Positions 30,212 to 42,673 of a DNA stretch of 64,000 nucleotides are shown piece by piece. The notes under the pieces were generated by a model that saw only the letters and a program-made list of their open reading frames with translations, was not told where the DNA came from and did not search any database. Both the position numbers and the translations under genes were made by a program. Within the stretch, counting starts at the first letter, position 1. Every line of letters starts with the position of its first letter. Origin of the DNA: an uncultured Candidatus Binatia bacterium (lineage in GTDB: Bacteria > Desulfobacterota > Binatia > UBA9968 > JAJDTQ01); contig OZ251459.1 of the NCBI GenBank assembly GCA_965242525.1, positions 736,001 through 800,000 of the forward strand, in the 5' to 3' direction.

Positions 30212-31298
30212 TCACCGGATCACTTCCTTCATTCTGAAGGTGAGAGTATCGCCTTCGCCGCGCTCCATGTCAATGACCTCGAAGGGGGTTCCCGGTGGGA
30301 AGAGGACTTCGTCTTCGTCGTCCCGGGTGAAGGCGGAGATGCTGCTGCCCCTGGACCTCTGCCCCTTGTCGGGCTTTTTCACGATGATCTTGTGCGGCCC
30401 CTGGTAAGCCTTTCCGGGGCTGTTGCTGGTGGACGTGAAGGCGGGGTCGGAGACGATCTTGTCCTTCCTGTCCGTGGCTTCGGCTGCCCGGATGTACTGC
30501 TGGAGGACGGGAGGGGGAAGCTCGGTCCCTCGGAAGACCTGGTCTTTTCGCCGGGGGAGTTTCTGGATGGCGGCTTTCAGGGTGAGGGATCGGTCTCGCA
30601 CAGCCTTCTTGGCCTTGGGATCGACGCCGCGCAGGGCCTGGTTGATGGTGTGGAAGGCCCATTGTCCCTGTCGGATGCTGTAGGCGTAGAGGCCGACGAG
30701 TTCGGTGTCGGTGAGGTTGTAGCGCTGGGCGTCGCGGTCGCGCATGAGTCGGAGGACCTCGGTCCGATAGTCGGTATAGTCGCTGCCCATCTGGCGGACC
30801 ACGCGCTGCTGGAAGGCGGGTTCGAGGCCGGCGGCGCCGACGTTGTGGTCCCAACCGGGGTCGATGCCCCGGGGGACCTGGTGGACCTTGCCGGTGCGCT
30901 TGTTGCGCCAGGGGCGGACGTCTCCGGGTGAGGAGTAGGGCGGGGTTCCCTGGGTGAGGGCGAGGCCGTAGCGTTCGAGGTCGTCGGCGTCCAACTGGGC
31001 CACGGTGCATCGGCAGCCCCAGCCGTTGGGGGGGTAGTGTGTCTCCCACCAGGGGTCGTCGATGGGGAGGACGGTGTCGTGCCAGGCGGCGTGTTCGGGG
31101 CGTGTGGCGCCGTCCTGGACTGCGACGTAGCGGAGGTAGGGCATACGGTCCTTGAGTCGCTGGATGCGGTCCCATTTGCCTGCGGCGTAGGCGGTGGAGA
31201 TGTTGGTGTCGAAGATGGTGCGGAGGCGTCGGAGGGAGGGTTGTCGGCGAAGTGCTGGAAGCCGTGGCCGTCCGCGATGGAGGAGTCCATGGCGGCGC
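30212..31298 (-). pseudogene. 5'-truncated, frameshifted phage Mu gpF-like (MuF) head protein fused to an intact-looking ADP-ribosyltransferase domain; open frame from ATG 31144 (310 aa)
   Basis: RLRTIFDTNISTAYAAG.W, TRPEH..W, YPPNGWGCRC, GIDPGW.HNVG; ART motifs VFRG, FTSTS, EDEVL; the upstream MuF part (AAMDSSIADG.GFQHFADN) is in another frame. Confidence 0.85.
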
Positions 31299-31326
31299 GG
31301 GCTCCTGGCCGCGCCCGAAGGGCAGT

Positions 31327-31433
31327 GTTTCCGGGGACTTGTTGCCCCGGCCTCATCGAGGCCCGGTCTGCGGCGGTCGCTTGGAGGGCGGCGAGGGGTT
31401 TCCGGAGTCCTGCTGCCCCGGCCTCGTCGAAGC
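31327..31433 (+). CRISPR. two degenerate repeats flanking one 35-nt spacer (detached trailer or mini-array)
   Basis: GTTTCCGGGGACTTGTTGCCCCGGCCTCATCGAGGC (31327-31362) and GTTTCCGGAGTCCTGCTGCCCCGGCCTCGTCGAAGC (31398-31433). Confidence 0.9.
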
Positions 31434-31487
31434 GCCCCGCCAGGATGCCCCGCCGGACCGCCCCCCGATCCCCGGAGCGTCCGAGGG

Positions 31488-31542
31488 TTGACAATCACAA
31501 CATGTTGTGGGTATCTTCGGGATTTTGCACCATATAGGGCTG
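31488..31542 (+). promoter_or_regulatory. sigma70-like promoter overlapped by tandem NrdR-box-like sites
   Basis: TTGACA 31488, TATCTT 31512; palindrome CACAACATGTTGTG at 31496 and weaker CACCATATAG 32 bp downstream, upstream of an RNR gene. Confidence 0.7.
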
Positions 31543-31583
31543 ACGCCGTACCGAGCCGCGTCACTCCACGAGAGGGAGGAACC

Positions 31584-34328
<2,745 letters not shown>

Positions 34329-34488
34329 GCCCGTCTTCCCTCCCGACCCGCGAGCGCCGCCGCACCCTCCCGGAGCCGGACCGACGGAACCCGTCCGAGG
34401 CGGCGCCCGGCCGGCTCCGGCGGGTCCCCCGGCCTCGCCCGGCGCGGGACCGCCGCACCCCGGGGCATGGTCCAGGGAGGATAGCGTC

Positions 34489-37400
34489 TTGACCGAACCA
34501 TTCTTCGAGCAGCCGGTCCTCAACTCCCCCTACGAGCGCCCGAGCCGCCATTGGGAGCTGGACGAGGCCGGGCAGCCCACCCGGAAGGTCGTCGAAGGCC
34601 GCCGGCCGGTCCGGTTCTTCACGCCCATCCCGAAGCCGAAGAAGCGAAGGGGGTCGTCGGAAGAGCAGACCCCCCTGGTGTTCGACGAGGGGAAGGGGCT
34701 TTCCACCGCGGACCAGCAATACGAGCACACCGCGGTCATCGACGAGGCCCGCCGGCAGGTGGAGGGTTGGCGGAGTCTTCCGAGCCCGGAGCAATGGCAG
34801 GTGACGCCGGAGACCGCCCGCCTGCTCCGGCACTGGCGGGGCCACCGGTTCGGCGGCGTCCGCCCCTTCTTCTGCCAAGTCGAAGCGGTGGAGACCGTCA
34901 TCTGGCTCACCGAGGTCGCGCCGCGCGCGGGCCGGGTCGGCGGCAGGCTCCTCGGCCACCTGGCCAACGCCAACCACGACGCCAATTCCGACCTGCCCCG
35001 GCTGGCCCTCAAGCTGGCCACGGGCGCCGGCAAGACCACGGTCATGGCGATGTTGATCGCCTGGCAGACCCTCAACGCGGTCCGCCGGCCCCGGAGCCGC
35101 AGGTTCACCCGCGGGTTCCTGGTGGCCGCCCCCGGCCTCACCATCAAGGACCGCCTGCGCGTGCTGCAACCCAACGATCCGGACAGCTACTACCGGAACC
35201 GGGAACTGGTCCCCGGCGACCTGCTCCCCGACCTGGAAAAGGCCAGGATCGTGGTCACCAACTACCACGCCTTCAAGCGGCGCGACCGCCTGGAGCTTTC
35301 CAGGGGAGGGCGCGCCCTGCTCCGGGGACGGGGGCGAGGGGCCGGCGGCCCCGATACCCTGGAGACCGAGGGGCAGATGCTGCAACGGGTCATGCCCGAG
35401 CTCATGGGTCTCGGCAACGTCATGGTCCTCAACGACGAGGCGCACCACTGCTACCGGGAAAAGCCGGGCGAGCCGCAGGAGGGCGCCCTGAAGGAAGACG
35501 AGAAACGGGAAGCGGAAAAGAACCGGGAGGCCGCCCGGTTGTGGATCTCCGGGCTCGAAGCGGTCGGCCGGAAGCTCGGCCTCAACCGGGTGGTGGACCT
35601 CTCCGCGACCCCTTTCTTCCTGCGCGGTTCGGGCTATGCCGAAGGGACGTTGTTTCCCTGGACCCTGTGCGACTTCTCGCTCATGGACGCCATCGAGTGC
35701 GGCATCGTGAAGCTGCCGCGGGTTCCCGTGGCGGACAACGTCCCGGGCGGGGACATGCCCCGGTTCCGCAACCTGTGGGAGCACATCGGACGGAAGATGC
35801 CCCGGCAGGGGCGCGGGAAAGCCAAGGCCCTGGACCCCCTCAGCATCCCGGTGGAGCTCCAGACCGCGCTCGAAGCCCTCTACGGGCACTACGAGAAGAC
35901 CTTCGACCTATGGCAGGGGGCCGGCATCGCCGTCCCGCCGTGCTTCATCGTGGTCTGCAACAACACCTCCACGTCCAAGCTCGTGTACGACTACGTTTCG
36001 GGGTTCCGCCGCGGGAACGAAGACGGCTCGGTTACCGTAGAGCAGGGCCGGTTGCCGCTCTTCCGCAACTTCGACGAGGCCGGCGCCCCGCTCCCGCGCC
36101 CCAACACCCTGCTCATCGACAGCGAGCAGCTCGAATCCGGGGAGCTGCTCGACGCCAACTTCCGCAGGATGGCCGGGGACGAGATCGAGCGCTTCCGCCG
36201 CGAGATCGTCGAGCGCACCAGGGACCCGCGGCAGGCCGAGGGCCTCACCGACGAAGACCTGCTCCGGGAAGTGATGAACACCGTGGGGAAGGCGGACCGG
36301 CTCGGCGGCTCGGTCCGGTGCGTGGTCTCGGTGTCGATGCTGAGCGAGGGATGGGACGCGAGCACCGTGACCCACGTCCTCGGGGTGCGCGCCTTCGGCA
36401 CGCAGCTCCTCTGCGAGCAGGTGGTCGGGCGCGCGCTTCGCCGGCAGTCCTACGACCTGAACGAGGACGGCCGGTTCGACCCCGAGTACGCCGACGTGCT
36501 GGGCATCCCCTTCGACTTCACCGCCAAGCCGGTGGTGGTCCCGCCCCATCCGCCGCGGGAGACGGTGCAGGTGAAGGCGGTCACGCCCGAGCGCGACGGT
36601 TGCGAGATCCGCTTCCCGCGGGTCGAAGGCTACCGTGTGGAGTTGCCGGAGGACCGGCTGTCCGCGTCCTTCGACGACGACTCCACCCTGGTGTTGACCC
36701 CCGACCTCGTGGGGCCGTCCATCACCCGGAACCAGGGCATCATCGGCGAAGGGGTCGATCTGGACCTGGTCCATACGGGCGTCCTGCGGCGCTCGACGCT
36801 CCTGTTCCACTTGGCCAGGCGCCTGCTGGAAACCCGCTGGCGCGACCCGGGAGAAGGTCCGAAGCTCCACCTCTTCGGGCAGCTCAAGCGGGTCACCCGT
36901 CAATGGCTCGACGCCTGCCTCGTCTGCAAGGGCGGCGCGTACCCGGCCCAGCTCATGTACCGGGAACTGGCCGACGTGGCCTGCGAGCGCATCACCCGGG
37001 GCATCGTCGCGACCCGCATGGGCGAACGTCCGGTCAAGGCGGTGCTCGACCCCTACAACCCGGTGGGATCGACGGTCCACGTGAACTTCACGACCTCGAA
37101 GAAGACCCGGTGGGAGACCGACGCCCGCGTCTGCCACGTCAACCGGGTGGTCTGCGACAGCGACTGGGAGGCGGAGTTCTGCCGCGCGGTCGAGTCCCAT
37201 CCGCGGGTGCGCGCCTACGTGAAGAACCACAACCTGGGGTTCGAGGTCCCCTACCACTTCGGACCGGAGGCGCGGCGCTACCTGCCCGACTTCATCGTCC
37301 TGGTGGACGACGGCCGGGGCGGCGAGGACCCGCTCCACCTGGTGGTGGAGATCAAGGGCTACCGGCGCGAAGACGCCAAGGAGAAGAAGGCGGCCATGGA

Positions 37401-37566
37401 GACCTTCTGGGTCCCCGGCGTCAACCGCCTGGGATACTACGGCCGGTGGGACTTCGCCGAGTTCACGGACGTGTACGCAATGCAGGATGAGTTCGCCGCC
37501 AAGGTGGAGACCCTGGCCGCCGCGGGTCCGTCCCGAGGGGCGCACGGGTTGACGCCGCCGCGGTAA
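34489..37566 (+). CDS. res: type III restriction enzyme Res subunit
   Basis: ATGAGKT, DEAHHC, LSAT, EGWD, QVVGRALR; C-terminal Y.PDFI...EIKG nuclease. Confidence 0.9.
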   Translation: MTEPFFEQPVLNSPYERPSRHWELDEAGQPTRKVVEGRRPVRFFTPIPKPKKRRGSSEEQTPLVFDEGKGLSTADQQYEHTAVIDEARRQVEGWRSLPSPEQWQVTPETARLLRHWRGHRFGGVRPFFCQVEAVETVIWLTEVAPRAGRVGGRLLGHLANANHDANSDLPRLALKLATGAGKTTVMAMLIAWQTLNAVRRPRSRRFTRGFLVAAPGLTIKDRLRVLQPNDPDSYYRNRELVPGDLLPDLEKARIVVTNYHAFKRRDRLELSRGGRALLRGRGRGAGGPDTLETEGQMLQRVMPELMGLGNVMVLNDEAHHCYREKPGEPQEGALKEDEKREAEKNREAARLWISGLEAVGRKLGLNRVVDLSATPFFLRGSGYAEGTLFPWTLCDFSLMDAIECGIVKLPRVPVADNVPGGDMPRFRNLWEHIGRKMPRQGRGKAKALDPLSIPVELQTALEALYGHYEKTFDLWQGAGIAVPPCFIVVCNNTSTSKLVYDYVSGFRRGNEDGSVTVEQGRLPLFRNFDEAGAPLPRPNTLLIDSEQLESGELLDANFRRMAGDEIERFRREIVERTRDPRQAEGLTDEDLLREVMNTVGKADRLGGSVRCVVSVSMLSEGWDASTVTHVLGVRAFGTQLLCEQVVGRALRRQSYDLNEDGRFDPEYADVLGIPFDFTAKPVVVPPHPPRETVQVKAVTPERDGCEIRFPRVEGYRVELPEDRLSASFDDDSTLVLTPDLVGPSITRNQGIIGEGVDLDLVHTGVLRRSTLLFHLARRLLETRWRDPGEGPKLHLFGQLKRVTRQWLDACLVCKGGAYPAQLMYRELADVACERITRGIVATRMGERPVKAVLDPYNPVGSTVHVNFTTSKKTRWETDARVCHVNRVVCDSDWEAEFCRAVESHPRVRAYVKNHNLGFEVPYHFGPEARRYLPDFIVLVDDGRGGEDPLHLVVEIKGYRREDAKEKKAAMETFWVPGVNRLGYYGRWDFAEFTDVYAMQDEFAAKVETLAAAGPSRGAHGLTPPR

Positions 37567-37580
37567 CGGGCAAGGCTGAA

Positions 37581-38160
37581 GGAACCACTGAACAATCGGG
37601 ACAGGAAGCATGAGCGCGTCCTTCGACTTCGCTTCGCTACGCTCAGGACGAACGGAGGCAGGGGTCGGGGTGAGGGAATCGGGGATTCCTCCCGGATGTC
37701 TCGATTGTTCAGAGCTTCCTGAAGTATATGCCGAGTTCGTCAGGCATCCATTCCCGGCGGAGGTGAACGATGTTCACGTGTTCGGTTTGCGGCGCCGGAG
37801 ACAGCCGCGAAGAACTGGTGGAAGATGTGGCGCTTCCAGCTTTCGAGTGGGTAGAATAGGAGGAGAAGGGGAGCGACAGGGGTCAGGCCGTCATTCCCGC
37901 GAAAGCGGGAATCCACTTTCCAACCGGTGCATAGTGATGCCGCCATGGGGTGGAATGGATGGATTCCCGCTTTCGCGGGAATGACGAGGTGGGGCGTCCG
38001 CGGCGCCAAACCGAGGACGGCGTAGTCGGAACGAGTGGGAATCGGACTTCATCACGTGGGAAGGGATGGTCACAACTCACACGAATTCCTGAAGAGCCAG
38101 GCACCCTGAACAACGCTCTCCGTTCGTCCTGAGCGTAGCGAAGCGAAGTCGAAGGACGGG
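37581..38160. repeat. cluster of MITE/REP-like elements between res and mod
   Basis: Element 37581-37719 with inverted ends GGAACCACTGAACAAT/ATTGTTCAGAGCTTCC around a REP; inverted pair 37890-37985; REP 38120-38159. Confidence 0.8.
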
Positions 38161-38232
38161 CCTTCCCATGGGAAGAGGGATCTCAAGCCGGGTTGGACCG
38201 GACGTTCCTCGAGGTTTCGGGAGGGACGAACC

Positions 38233-38448
38233 ATGAAACTGCACTATTATCCGGACACGGACAGCGTGTACGTGGAGCTCAAGGCAGGGCCTGGCGCGGA
38301 GACCCGCGAAGTGAGTGAAGGACTCAACGTCGATCTTGACGCCAACGGGGACGTGGTGGGGTTTGACATCGACCGCGCCTCCAAGCGTCTCGACCTTGCC
38401 ACACTGGAAACGGAGGCGCTGCCCGTAAGGTCGTACAGGGCGGGCTGA
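38233..38448 (+). CDS. DUF2283 family protein (predicted antitoxin type)
   Basis: MKLHYYPDTDSVYVEL...VDLD.NG.VVG.DI. Confidence 0.85.
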   Translation: MKLHYYPDTDSVYVELKAGPGAETREVSEGLNVDLDANGDVVGFDIDRASKRLDLATLETEALPVRSYRAG

Positions 38449-38489
38449 CGGGCCGCAGCCCGACGAAAACCGGGAGGACGAGCAGACTC

Positions 38490-41400
38490 ATGGCGCAAAG
38501 AACCAGGAAAGCCCGGCAGGTGGAGACCCTGACCCACGATCAGGCGTCCCGGAAGAACATCCCCACGGCCGAGTACCAGTCGATGATGGCCAAGGACGAC
38601 CAGGACCCCATCGAGGTCGCCTACCAGCGCCGCAACCGGGACCTCGACCCGCAACTCGTCTGGCGCGGGAAGGACGTGCAGGACTGGTCGGACCTAGTGG
38701 TGCAGGCGCCGCCGCTCTTCATCCAGGAGAAGGTCCACCCCAAGGCGCTCATCGACGACCTGCTGCGGCGCAGCCAGGCCGACAGGGAGGCGGGCAGCGA
38801 ACAGCCCGACCTCTTCGCCGATTTCAACGGTCTGCCCAACGACAACGCCAGGACGGAGTTCTACCGGCACGACGCCAACTGGTCCAACCGCATGATCCTG
38901 GGCGACAGCCTGCAAGTGATGGCGTCCCTGGCGGAACGGGAGGGGCTGCGCGGCAAGGTCCAGTGCATCTACATCGACCCGCCCTACGGCATCAAGTTCA
39001 ACTCCAACTTCCAGTGGTCCACCACCAGCCGGGACGTGAAGGACGGCAACGCCGCCCACATCACCCGGGAGCCGGAACAGGTGAAGGCGTTCCGGGACAC
39101 GTGGCGGGACGGGATCCACTCCTACCTGACGTACCTGCGGGACCGGCTGGTGGTGGCGCGGGACCTGTTGAGTTCATCTGGCGGCATTTTCGTTCAGATG
39201 AACTCGGAAAACTCACATTACCTCAGAAATCTACTGGACGAGATATTTGGAAATACCAATTTCATAGCCGATATTTCTTTTCGCAAGAAGAGCATACCGT
39301 TAGGCGCAACTTACCTCGAGACGATGAATGACAACATTTTATTTTACGCGAAAGACCGAGGAAATCTCAAGTTTCATCACCTTTACGAGCCAAACGACGT
39401 CTCTCAAGTCTCATCTCACGGGCCGTATGCCATGTTTCCTGATGGTAGCTGGGAGAGGATACAAACGACGGACTTCAAGAGTCCTGCGCATCCCGCTGGA
39501 ACAAGATACTATCGACTTTTCTCTTTGCTCGCTCCTTCCTACTCTCCGAACACAATATATCAATTTGACCATGAAGGTCGTCTCTTCGACCCGCCAAGTC
39601 ACGGTTCTTGGGTTGTCAATGAACATAAACTCCGCCTACTTTCTTCCATAGGAAGACTCCAATCAGAAGGGCGGAGTTTGAGCTATCGTTTGTACTATGA
39701 TGATTTTCCATTTCGGAAGAGGACGAATCAATGGAATGACTCGCCAGTATCATACAAGAAGAGCTACGTTGTACAAACGGCGGAAGAGGCTATTTCTCGC
39801 TGCGTCCTGATGACCACCGACCCCGGCGACCTCGTCCTCGACCCCACCTGCGGCTCCGGCACCACAGCCTACGTCGCCGAGCAGTGGGGCCGGCGCTGGA
39901 TCACCATCGACACCTCCCGCGTGGCCCTGGCGCTGGCCCGCGCCCGCGTCATGGGCGCGCGCTATCCCTACTACCTGCTGGCGGACAGTCCCGAAGGGCA
40001 GCGGAAGGAAGCCGAACTCGCCGGCAAGGCCCCGTCCGAAGCGCCTGCCCACGGCAACATCCGCCACGGCTTCGTCTATGAGCGGGTGCCGCACATCACC
40101 CTCAAGTCCATCGCCAACAACGCCGAGATCGACGTGATATGGGAGAGGCGCCAGCAGAAGCTGGAGCCCCTGCGCCGGAAGCTCAACGAGGCCATGAAGC
40201 AAGGTTGGGAGGAATGGGAGATCCCCCGCCACGCAGAAGACCCGTGGAGTCCCGCGGCGCAAGCGCTCTTTTCCAGGCTCCGGGTGGAACTCGAACAAGA
40301 GCGGCTTGATCCCTCGCACGCGCAGCAGCGCCCTCCCTCCACCATCAAGACCGGCGACGGGCCGAAGCGCGGCGCCCCGCAAGCGCAACGGCTTCTGCTC
40401 GACCTCAACGCGAACCTCAAGCGCGACTACACCCTCGACACGCTTCCGCCCCGTCCCGCGGACCCCTGGCCGGAGGCCCCGGCCGCCCTGCACGTGGAGT
40501 GGTGGGAGCAGCGCATCGCCCGGCAGCGGGAGATCGACGCCTCCATCGCCGCCAAGGCCGATTACGAGTACCTCTACGACAAGCCTTGCGAAGACCGGAA
40601 CGTCGTGCGCGTGGCCGGGCCGTTCACCGTCGATAGCCTGTCGCCGCACCGGGTGCTTGCGGTGGATGAAGACGACGAGTTGATCGACCGCGCCGCGGAG
40701 TCCCGCGCCGCCTACGGCGAAGCCGGCGATTTCGCCTCCATGATCCTGGAGCAACTGAAGATGGCCGGCGTGCAGCAGGCCCACAAGGACGACCGGATCG
40801 ACTTCAACGCCCTGGCGCCGTGGCCCGGGGAGCTGATCTGCGGCGAAGGGCGGTACGTGCAGGACGGGGAGGGCAGGGAGCAACGCGCCGGCGTCTTCGT
40901 CGGCCCCGAGTTCGGCACCGTCGCCAGACCCGACCTGGTGGCCGCGGCCCGGGAGGCCGCCGACGCCGGTTTCGACGTGCTCATTGCCTGCGCGTTCAAC
41001 TACGACGCCCATTCGTCGGAGTTCGACAAGCTCGGACGCATCCCGGTGCTCAAGGCCCGGATGAACGCCGACCTGCACATGGCGGAGGACCTGAAGAACA
41101 CCGGCAAGGGCAACCTCTTCGTCATCTTCGGCGAGCCGGACATCGACATCCTCCCGGCGGAAGGGGACGACGAAGGCCGTATCCGGGTCAGGATCAACGG
41201 CGTGGACGTGTTCCATCCCAACACCGGCGAGGTGCGGAGCGACGGCCCCGAGGGCATCGCCTGCTGGTTCATCGACACCGACTACGACGAGGAGAGCTTC
41301 TTCGTCCGCCACGCCTACTTCCTGGGCGCCAACGACCCCTACAAGGCCCTCAAGACCACGCTCAAGGCCGAGATCGACCCCGACGCCTGGGCCACGCTCC

Positions 41401-41504
41401 ACAGCGACCTGTCGCGCCCCTTCGACAAACCGGCCTCCGGCCGCATCGCGGTCAAGGTCATCAACCACCTGGGCGACGAGGTGATGAAGGTGTTCCGGGT
41501 GTGA
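38490..41504 (+). CDS. mod: type III R-M Mod subunit, beta-class amino-methyltransferase
   Basis: DPPY motif IV, then a variable AT-richer TRD, then DPTCGSGTT motif I; next to res. Confidence 0.9.
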   Translation: MAQRTRKARQVETLTHDQASRKNIPTAEYQSMMAKDDQDPIEVAYQRRNRDLDPQLVWRGKDVQDWSDLVVQAPPLFIQEKVHPKALIDDLLRRSQADREAGSEQPDLFADFNGLPNDNARTEFYRHDANWSNRMILGDSLQVMASLAEREGLRGKVQCIYIDPPYGIKFNSNFQWSTTSRDVKDGNAAHITREPEQVKAFRDTWRDGIHSYLTYLRDRLVVARDLLSSSGGIFVQMNSENSHYLRNLLDEIFGNTNFIADISFRKKSIPLGATYLETMNDNILFYAKDRGNLKFHHLYEPNDVSQVSSHGPYAMFPDGSWERIQTTDFKSPAHPAGTRYYRLFSLLAPSYSPNTIYQFDHEGRLFDPPSHGSWVVNEHKLRLLSSIGRLQSEGRSLSYRLYYDDFPFRKRTNQWNDSPVSYKKSYVVQTAEEAISRCVLMTTDPGDLVLDPTCGSGTTAYVAEQWGRRWITIDTSRVALALARARVMGARYPYYLLADSPEGQRKEAELAGKAPSEAPAHGNIRHGFVYERVPHITLKSIANNAEIDVIWERRQQKLEPLRRKLNEAMKQGWEEWEIPRHAEDPWSPAAQALFSRLRVELEQERLDPSHAQQRPPSTIKTGDGPKRGAPQAQRLLLDLNANLKRDYTLDTLPPRPADPWPEAPAALHVEWWEQRIARQREIDASIAAKADYEYLYDKPCEDRNVVRVAGPFTVDSLSPHRVLAVDEDDELIDRAAESRAAYGEAGDFASMILEQLKMAGVQQAHKDDRIDFNALAPWPGELICGEGRYVQDGEGREQRAGVFVGPEFGTVARPDLVAAAREAADAGFDVLIACAFNYDAHSSEFDKLGRIPVLKARMNADLHMAEDLKNTGKGNLFVIFGEPDIDILPAEGDDEGRIRVRINGVDVFHPNTGEVRSDGPEGIACWFIDTDYDEESFFVRHAYFLGANDPYKALKTTLKAEIDPDAWATLHSDLSRPFDKPASGRIAVKVINHLGDEVMKVFRV

Positions 41505-41505
41505 T

Positions 41506-42459
41506 ATGGTGAACCCCATGAGTTTCCCAATGGATGAAGTACAGGCGGCATTCTACGGATTGCAATTTCATATCGCTTTTCTTGAGAAGAAAGGCGCCGA
41601 GTTTCAGGATTGGTTCGTAAAAATTGCCACCAGTGCGTATGGACCGGACTTCGAGGCGGTTCGTCCTTACGGCCGTCAAGGTGACCTCAAATGCGACGGT
41701 CGCCGGATCAGCACGAAAACCATATTTCAATGCTATGCTCCCTATCAGACGCGCGAAGCGCAATTGAACGCTAAAATCGAAAAGGACTTTCGCGGGGCAC
41801 ATGAGCACTGGGGTCGTGACATGTTGGAATGGGTCCTGGTGTACAACGACAATCATGGACTGCCACCGTCATCCAGTCAACTTCTCGATCGACTGCGGAA
41901 TGGTTACCCTGATGTCGGGATTGCGGTCTGGTTCGAAGCGTCACTCCGAGAACTCGCCAATGGCCTCTCGTTGGTTCATCAGCAGGCCATCTTCGGTTTC
42001 GCTCCGTCGAAAACAGGAATGGAGACGCTGATGCTGGAGGATATCCAACCTGTCATCGACCAGCTCGCCCGAGTCGATCCTGAACCTGGGCAGGAACCGC
42101 TGATGCCGCCATCACTGGAAAAACTACAGAAGAACTCGCTCTCGGACGATGCCGCTAGTCTGCTTCGAGTGGGACGTCGCAAGGAAGCGCTGGTCGACGC
42201 GTGGTTCAGAAAAAATCCCAGGGCCGATCTCGGAGAACGCATCGCGGAGGCGTTTCGCCATCGTTATGCGCGTTTGAAAGAAGAAGACCGGTCGCCGGAC
42301 GAAATCTTCGCACACCTTCAAGAATATGCTGGCTCCGGCCGGGAACCCGGGCGGGTGGCGGCGTCGCTGGCCGTTCTGTCCTATTTCTTCGACCGTTGCG
42401 ACATTTTCGAGGATCCGGAGGTTGGAGATGATCCTGCCGACCAAACACATTCGGCTTGA
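41506..42459 (+). CDS. ABC-three-component (Lamassu-like) effector with N-terminal restriction-fold nuclease-like domain
   Basis: G.EFQ.WF, G.QGD.KCDG...FQCYAP; C-terminal L.YFFDRCDIFE typical of ABC-3C CTD. Confidence 0.78.
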   Translation: MVNPMSFPMDEVQAAFYGLQFHIAFLEKKGAEFQDWFVKIATSAYGPDFEAVRPYGRQGDLKCDGRRISTKTIFQCYAPYQTREAQLNAKIEKDFRGAHEHWGRDMLEWVLVYNDNHGLPPSSSQLLDRLRNGYPDVGIAVWFEASLRELANGLSLVHQQAIFGFAPSKTGMETLMLEDIQPVIDQLARVDPEPGQEPLMPPSLEKLQKNSLSDDAASLLRVGRRKEALVDAWFRKNPRADLGERIAEAFRHRYARLKEEDRSPDEIFAHLQEYAGSGREPGRVAASLAVLSYFFDRCDIFEDPEVGDDPADQTHSA

Positions 42460-42673
42460 TCGCGCCTTGATCGGTGAGGGTGCCAGTGTGCTCAGCGTCC
42501 TTGAACGACCGATGACGATTTCGAGACTTTGGGACGAGATCAGATCGCGCCGTTCCGTGGAGACTTCCGGACCGGTAATCGACTATCGGTGGTTTGTGCT
42601 TGCTCTTGATTTTCTCTACATGATAGGCGCCATCGAGTTCGAGCGTGGGCTGATCCGCAAGGCGAATCCATGA
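42428..42673 (+). CDS. ABC-three-component middle component (LmuC-like)
   Basis: MILPTKHI..DRALIG.G...TISRLWD...FVLALDFLY.IG; overlaps both neighbours. Confidence 0.8.
   Translation: MILPTKHIRLDRALIGEGASVLSVLERPMTISRLWDEIRSRRSVETSGPVIDYRWFVLALDFLYMIGAIEFERGLIRKANP

Larger units (their letters stand above)
29417..31298. mobile_element. remnant of a phage or transposable element lying between array repeat 141 and two degenerate repeats
   Basis: Begins TGT; two copies of GACGGACAGAA..AATGAT; carries a truncated MuF-ART gene and a small gene; no second end seen. Confidence 0.65.

Noticed and set aside
9316-31433. CRISPR-associated transposon (CAST) interpretation
   Set aside because: No TnsB, TnsC or TniQ genes in the window, and Cas3 with HD motifs plus the adaptation genes are intact
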